Below, piece by piece: positions 62,710 through 64,000 of a stretch of 64,000 bases of DNA. The notes beneath the pieces were generated by a model that saw only the letters and a list, made by a program, of their open reading frames with translations, searched no databases and had not been told where the DNA came from. The position numbers were made by a program, and so were the translations under genes. Source of the DNA: an uncultured cyanobacterium (lineage in GTDB: Bacteria; Cyanobacteriota; Vampirovibrionia; Vampirovibrionales; JAGQHJ01); NCBI GenBank assembly GCA_937922745.1, contig CALAJO010000033.1, positions 2,250-66,249 on the forward strand, given 5' to 3'. Positions within the stretch are counted from its first letter, which is position 1; each line of letters begins with the position of its first letter.

Positions 62710-62991
62710 ATGCCTCGTTCATTGAAAAAAGGCCCGTTTGTAGACGATCATCTTCAAGATAAAGTTGAAGCCCTCAATGAGAGCGGAGACAAAAAGGTTA
62801 TCAAAACCTGGTCTCGTCGCTCTATGATCATCCCGGATATGATTGGCCATACTATTGCTGTCCATAATGGTAATAAGCATGTGCCGGTCTACATCACCGA
62901 GCAGATGATTGGTCACAAGTTGGGTGAGTTTGCGCCCACCCGCTACTTCAGAGGTCATGCCGGTTCAGACAAGAAAGCGAAGAAGAGGTAA
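62710..62991 (+). CDS. rpsS: 30S ribosomal protein S19
   Basis: [13 protein letters not shown]...[41 protein letters not shown]. Confidence 0.97.
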   Translation: MPRSLKKGPFVDDHLQDKVEALNESGDKKVIKTWSRRSMIIPDMIGHTIAVHNGNKHVPVYITEQMIGHKLGEFAPTRYFRGHAGSDKKAKKR

Positions 62992-62996
62992 GACCG

Positions 62997-63353
62997 ATGG
63001 AAGCAAAAGCACAATCTCGTCAAAAATTTATCTTGATGTCCCATCGTAAATTGCGTCGGGTTGTCAATGAGATTCGTGGCAAGAATGCCATTGAAGCGGT
63101 ACATATCCTTCGTTTTATGCCTTATTTTGCATCGAATGTGGTTTTGAAAAATCTGCAGGCCGCAATTAGTAATGCACAGCAAAAGTATGGCGACCTGGCT
63201 TCTCCGGAGCGTCTCTATGTGAGTGCTGTTATGGTTGATGAAGGCCCTGCTTATAAACGTTTTCGTCCCCGGGCTCAAGGGCGAATCTATAAAATCGAAA
63301 AACCAACCGCCCACCTCACACTGGAAGTCAAGGTAAGAGCAAAGGAGTCATAA
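62997..63353 (+). CDS. rplV: 50S ribosomal protein L22
   Basis: ...MS.RKLRRVVNEIRGK....A..IL.FMP......V.K.L.SA..NA......MVDEGP..KRFRPRA.GR...I.K.T.H. Confidence 0.95.
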   Translation: MEAKAQSRQKFILMSHRKLRRVVNEIRGKNAIEAVHILRFMPYFASNVVLKNLQAAISNAQQKYGDLASPERLYVSAVMVDEGPAYKRFRPRAQGRIYKIEKPTAHLTLEVKVRAKES

Positions 63354-63354
63354 C

Positions 63355-64000
63355 GTGGGACAGAAGGTACATCCAAAAGGTCTTCGACTCGGCATTGTTC
63401 AAGCTTGGGAAAGCAATTGGATTGCTTTTGACAAGGATTATGCCAAGAATGTGAAAGAAGATTATGATATTCGGGCTTACCTGAAGAAGAAGCTGAAGAA
63501 TGCTTTCATTAGCCGGATTGAAGTTGATCGCAAAGCCTCCAAGTTGATTATTCGTATTATCACTGGTCGTCCAGGCATGATTGTCGGTCGTGGTGGGCAA
63601 GGACTTGAGCAACTTCGTAAAGAATTGACCCGTTTGACCCAGCGGAAAGATATTCAGTTGGATGTGATGGAAGTTGCCCGTGTTGATGCCGATGCGCAAC
63701 TTGTGGCTGAAGCCATTGCGTTCCAGTTGGAAAAGCGTGTTGCATTCCGTCGCGCTATGAAGCAAGCAATTCTCCGGACAATGCGCTCTGGCGCCAAGGG
63801 AATTAAAGTTATGATTGCGGGACGCCTTGGTGGTGCTGAAATCGCTCGTACCGAATGGGCAAAAGAAGGTCGGATTCCCCTTCATACATTTAGAGCCAAT
63901 ATCGATTACGGTTATGCGCAAGCATTTACCTTGTTTGGGATTATTGGCGTAAAGGTATGGATCTTCAAAGGGGAAGTCCTTCCGGGTGAAGTTGCAGATA
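63355..64000 (+). CDS. rpsC: 30S ribosomal protein S3 (5' part; continues beyond window end)
   Basis: GTG start 1 nt after the rplV stop. Own translation: VGQKVHPKGLRLGIVQAWESNW...KH domain...GRLGGAEIARTEW..EGRIPLHT.RANIDYG. Confidence 0.93.
   Translation, partial: MGQKVHPKGLRLGIVQAWESNWIAFDKDYAKNVKEDYDIRAYLKKKLKNAFISRIEVDRKASKLIIRIITGRPGMIVGRGGQGLEQLRKELTRLTQRKDIQLDVMEVARVDADAQLVAEAIAFQLEKRVAFRRAMKQAILRTMRSGAKGIKVMIAGRLGGAEIARTEWAKEGRIPLHTFRANIDYGYAQAFTLFGIIGVKVWIFKGEVLPGEVAD

Overview
The window is a bacterial chromosome segment carrying a ~42.7-kb T7-like prophage (10308-53029) that encodes a single-subunit RNA polymerase. The host EF-Tu has the cyanobacterial-type insertion '...[20 protein letters not shown]...', so a Cyanobacteriota/Melainabacteria-like host is a low-confidence inference. 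The prophage sits in the anticodon loop of a host tRNA-Val(UAC). The two tRNA halves lie at 53060-53022 and 10315-10271 and rejoin in silico into a perfect 76-nt tRNA. The element also carries its own complete tRNA-Val(UAC) next to attR.

Host left flank (1-10270): a partial Xer-like recombinase, an aldehyde dehydrogenase, a SAM methyltransferase, a DCC-type thiol oxidoreductase, a hybrid histidine kinase, a GH26 hydrolase, a GT2 glycosyltransferase and a GNAT acetyltransferase.

Host right flank (53061-64000): aconitase, a Wzz/BY-kinase, tRNA-Thr/Tyr/Thr, tuf, and the S10 operon from rpsJ to a partial rpsC.

Prophage layout:
- An accessory arm (10.4-19.7 kb) holds two convergent paralogous tyrosine integrases. 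It also holds a CsoR-type metal sensor with a cluster of small Cys-Cys-motif and membrane proteins behind CsoR-like operators, and a three-gene ABC-3C-type conflict system.
- A leftward early/replication module (33.3 -> 19.8 kb) runs ArdC, MarR-like regulator, RNAP, SSB, endonuclease I, amidase, alpha/beta hydrolase, primase-helicase, MT-A70 methylase, DNAP, HNH, MazG-like protein, nucleotidase, exonuclease.
- A rightward structural module (33.9 -> 52.2 kb) runs portal, scaffold, capsid, tail tubular A/B, internal virion proteins, tail fibre, holin-like protein and terminase.

I also recognise four copies of a 24-nt T3/T7-style phage promoter, two of them back to back at 33835-33896. There is a family of 7-2-7 palindromic operators in front of the early genes. 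There are 11-bp tandem repeats placed like integrase arm-type sites around the reconstructed attP. All functional calls rest on motif recognition by eye, and no database search was possible.
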